A program made the translations under genes and the position numbers. Source: an uncultured Aliarcobacter sp. (GTDB taxonomy: Bacteria; Campylobacterota; Campylobacteria; Campylobacterales; Arcobacteraceae). From it: a stretch of 64,000 bases of DNA. The notes under the pieces are model-generated. The model ran no database searches, had not been told where the DNA came from, and saw only the letters and a list, made by a program, of their open reading frames with translations. Below are positions 63,308 through 64,000 of this stretch, piece by piece; the stretch's first letter is position 1, and every line of letters starts with the position of its first letter. Where the stretch lies: assembly GCA_963664305.2 (NCBI GenBank), contig CAXXLV010000002.1, forward strand, positions 800,001 through 864,000, read 5' to 3'.

Positions 63308-64000
63308 TCTTTTTTCCTATTAATTGATTTAAAACTTCTTCTTTTGGTCCATCTATTAAAATATTTCCTTCATCAATTACAATAATTCTATCTACTAATT
63401 GAAGCATTGAGTTTTTATGAGTTATTAAAATCAAAGTTTTATCCAAAATTTCATTTTTTAAATCATTTATCATTTTAATCTCTGTTGTAGAATCCATACT
63501 ATCAGTTGGTTCATCTAAAAGTAAAGTTGAATATTTTCCAACTATTGCTCTTGCTAAACTTACAGCCTTTTTTTGCCCACCTGAAAGAGTATCTCCTCTT
63601 TCACCAATATTCAAATCAAAACCTAAAGGATGAGAATTTACAAAATCAAGCAATTGTGCTTTTTTTGTAGCTTTTAATAAAGTTCTATCATCTGCATTTG
63701 GATGTTTATATAAAATGTTTTCTTTCAGTGTTCCATTAAATAAAATTGCTTCTTGAGAAACATATGCAAAGTTTTTTCTCACATCTGCTGTTTCAATCTG
63801 TTTTAACTCAACACTATCAACTATTATTTCGCCCTCATTTGCTTCATATAATTTCATCAAAAGTTTTAAAATTGTTGATTTTCCAGAACCCATTTTTCCG
63901 ATAATTGCAACTTTTTCACCCTGTTTTATTTCAAAGGAAATATTGTTTAAGATTTTTTTATTTTCATTATAAAAGAAAGTTACATTTTTAAATTTTATAT
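63297..64000 (-). CDS. T1SS ABC transporter, C-terminal part (5' end beyond the window)
   Basis: GKMGSGKST, LSGGQ and LLLDEPT motifs; the frame stays open to the window edge. Confidence 0.88.
   Translation of the reverse strand, partial: IKFKNVTFFYNENKKILNNISFEIKQGEKVAIIGKMGSGKSTILKLLMKLYEANEGEIIVDSVELKQIETADVRKNFAYVSQEAILFNGTLKENILYKHPNADDRTLLKATKKAQLLDFVNSHPLGFDLNIGERGDTLSGGQKKAVSLARAIVGKYSTLLLDEPTDSMDSTTEIKMINDLKNEILDKTLILITHKNSMLQLVDRIIVIDEGNILIDGPKEEVLNQLIGKKNEK

Noticed and set aside
1..64000. CRISPR array or cas genes
   Set aside because: No regularly spaced short repeats and no Cas motifs were seen.

Overview
AT-rich Campylobacterota DNA, almost certainly an Arcobacter/Aliarcobacter relative (near-identical homolog of the NavAb sodium channel, cbpA-hspR operon with a HAIR box). 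The window has two parts. (1) Positions 1-~30076 are the right part of a genomic island that ends at a tyrosine integrase and the displaced 3' half of a tRNA-Leu(CAA). It is a defence/conflict island carrying an AbiEii-type toxin-antitoxin pair with a second tyrosine recombinase, a serine resolvase, orphan nuclease toxin tips with SMI1/KNR4 immunity genes, two large STAND NTPases, an immunity-then-effector cassette array (LprI plus lysozyme, a LysM protein, RTX remnants), an IS110 pseudogene and many IS-derived miniature elements. (2) Positions ~30086-64000 look like core chromosome: signalling genes, cbpA-hspR, two T1SS loci, a YbhGFSR-like exporter, quinohemoprotein amine dehydrogenase qhpADCB, a Nav channel, nhaD, tatA, motAB and an HD-GYP protein. 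The most striking observation is a NACHT/STAND protein whose last 23 residues match the N-terminal motif of the next, membrane-anchored protein. The motif is RHIM/amyloid-like (GIYIAGNVQGNV versus GIYVGGDVYGDV) and suggests an amyloid-signalling immune pair with reversed polarity. The second is an apparent polymorphic toxin array with N-terminal effector domains, probably linked to RTX/T1SS export. All family assignments come from motif recognition by eye; no database searches were run.
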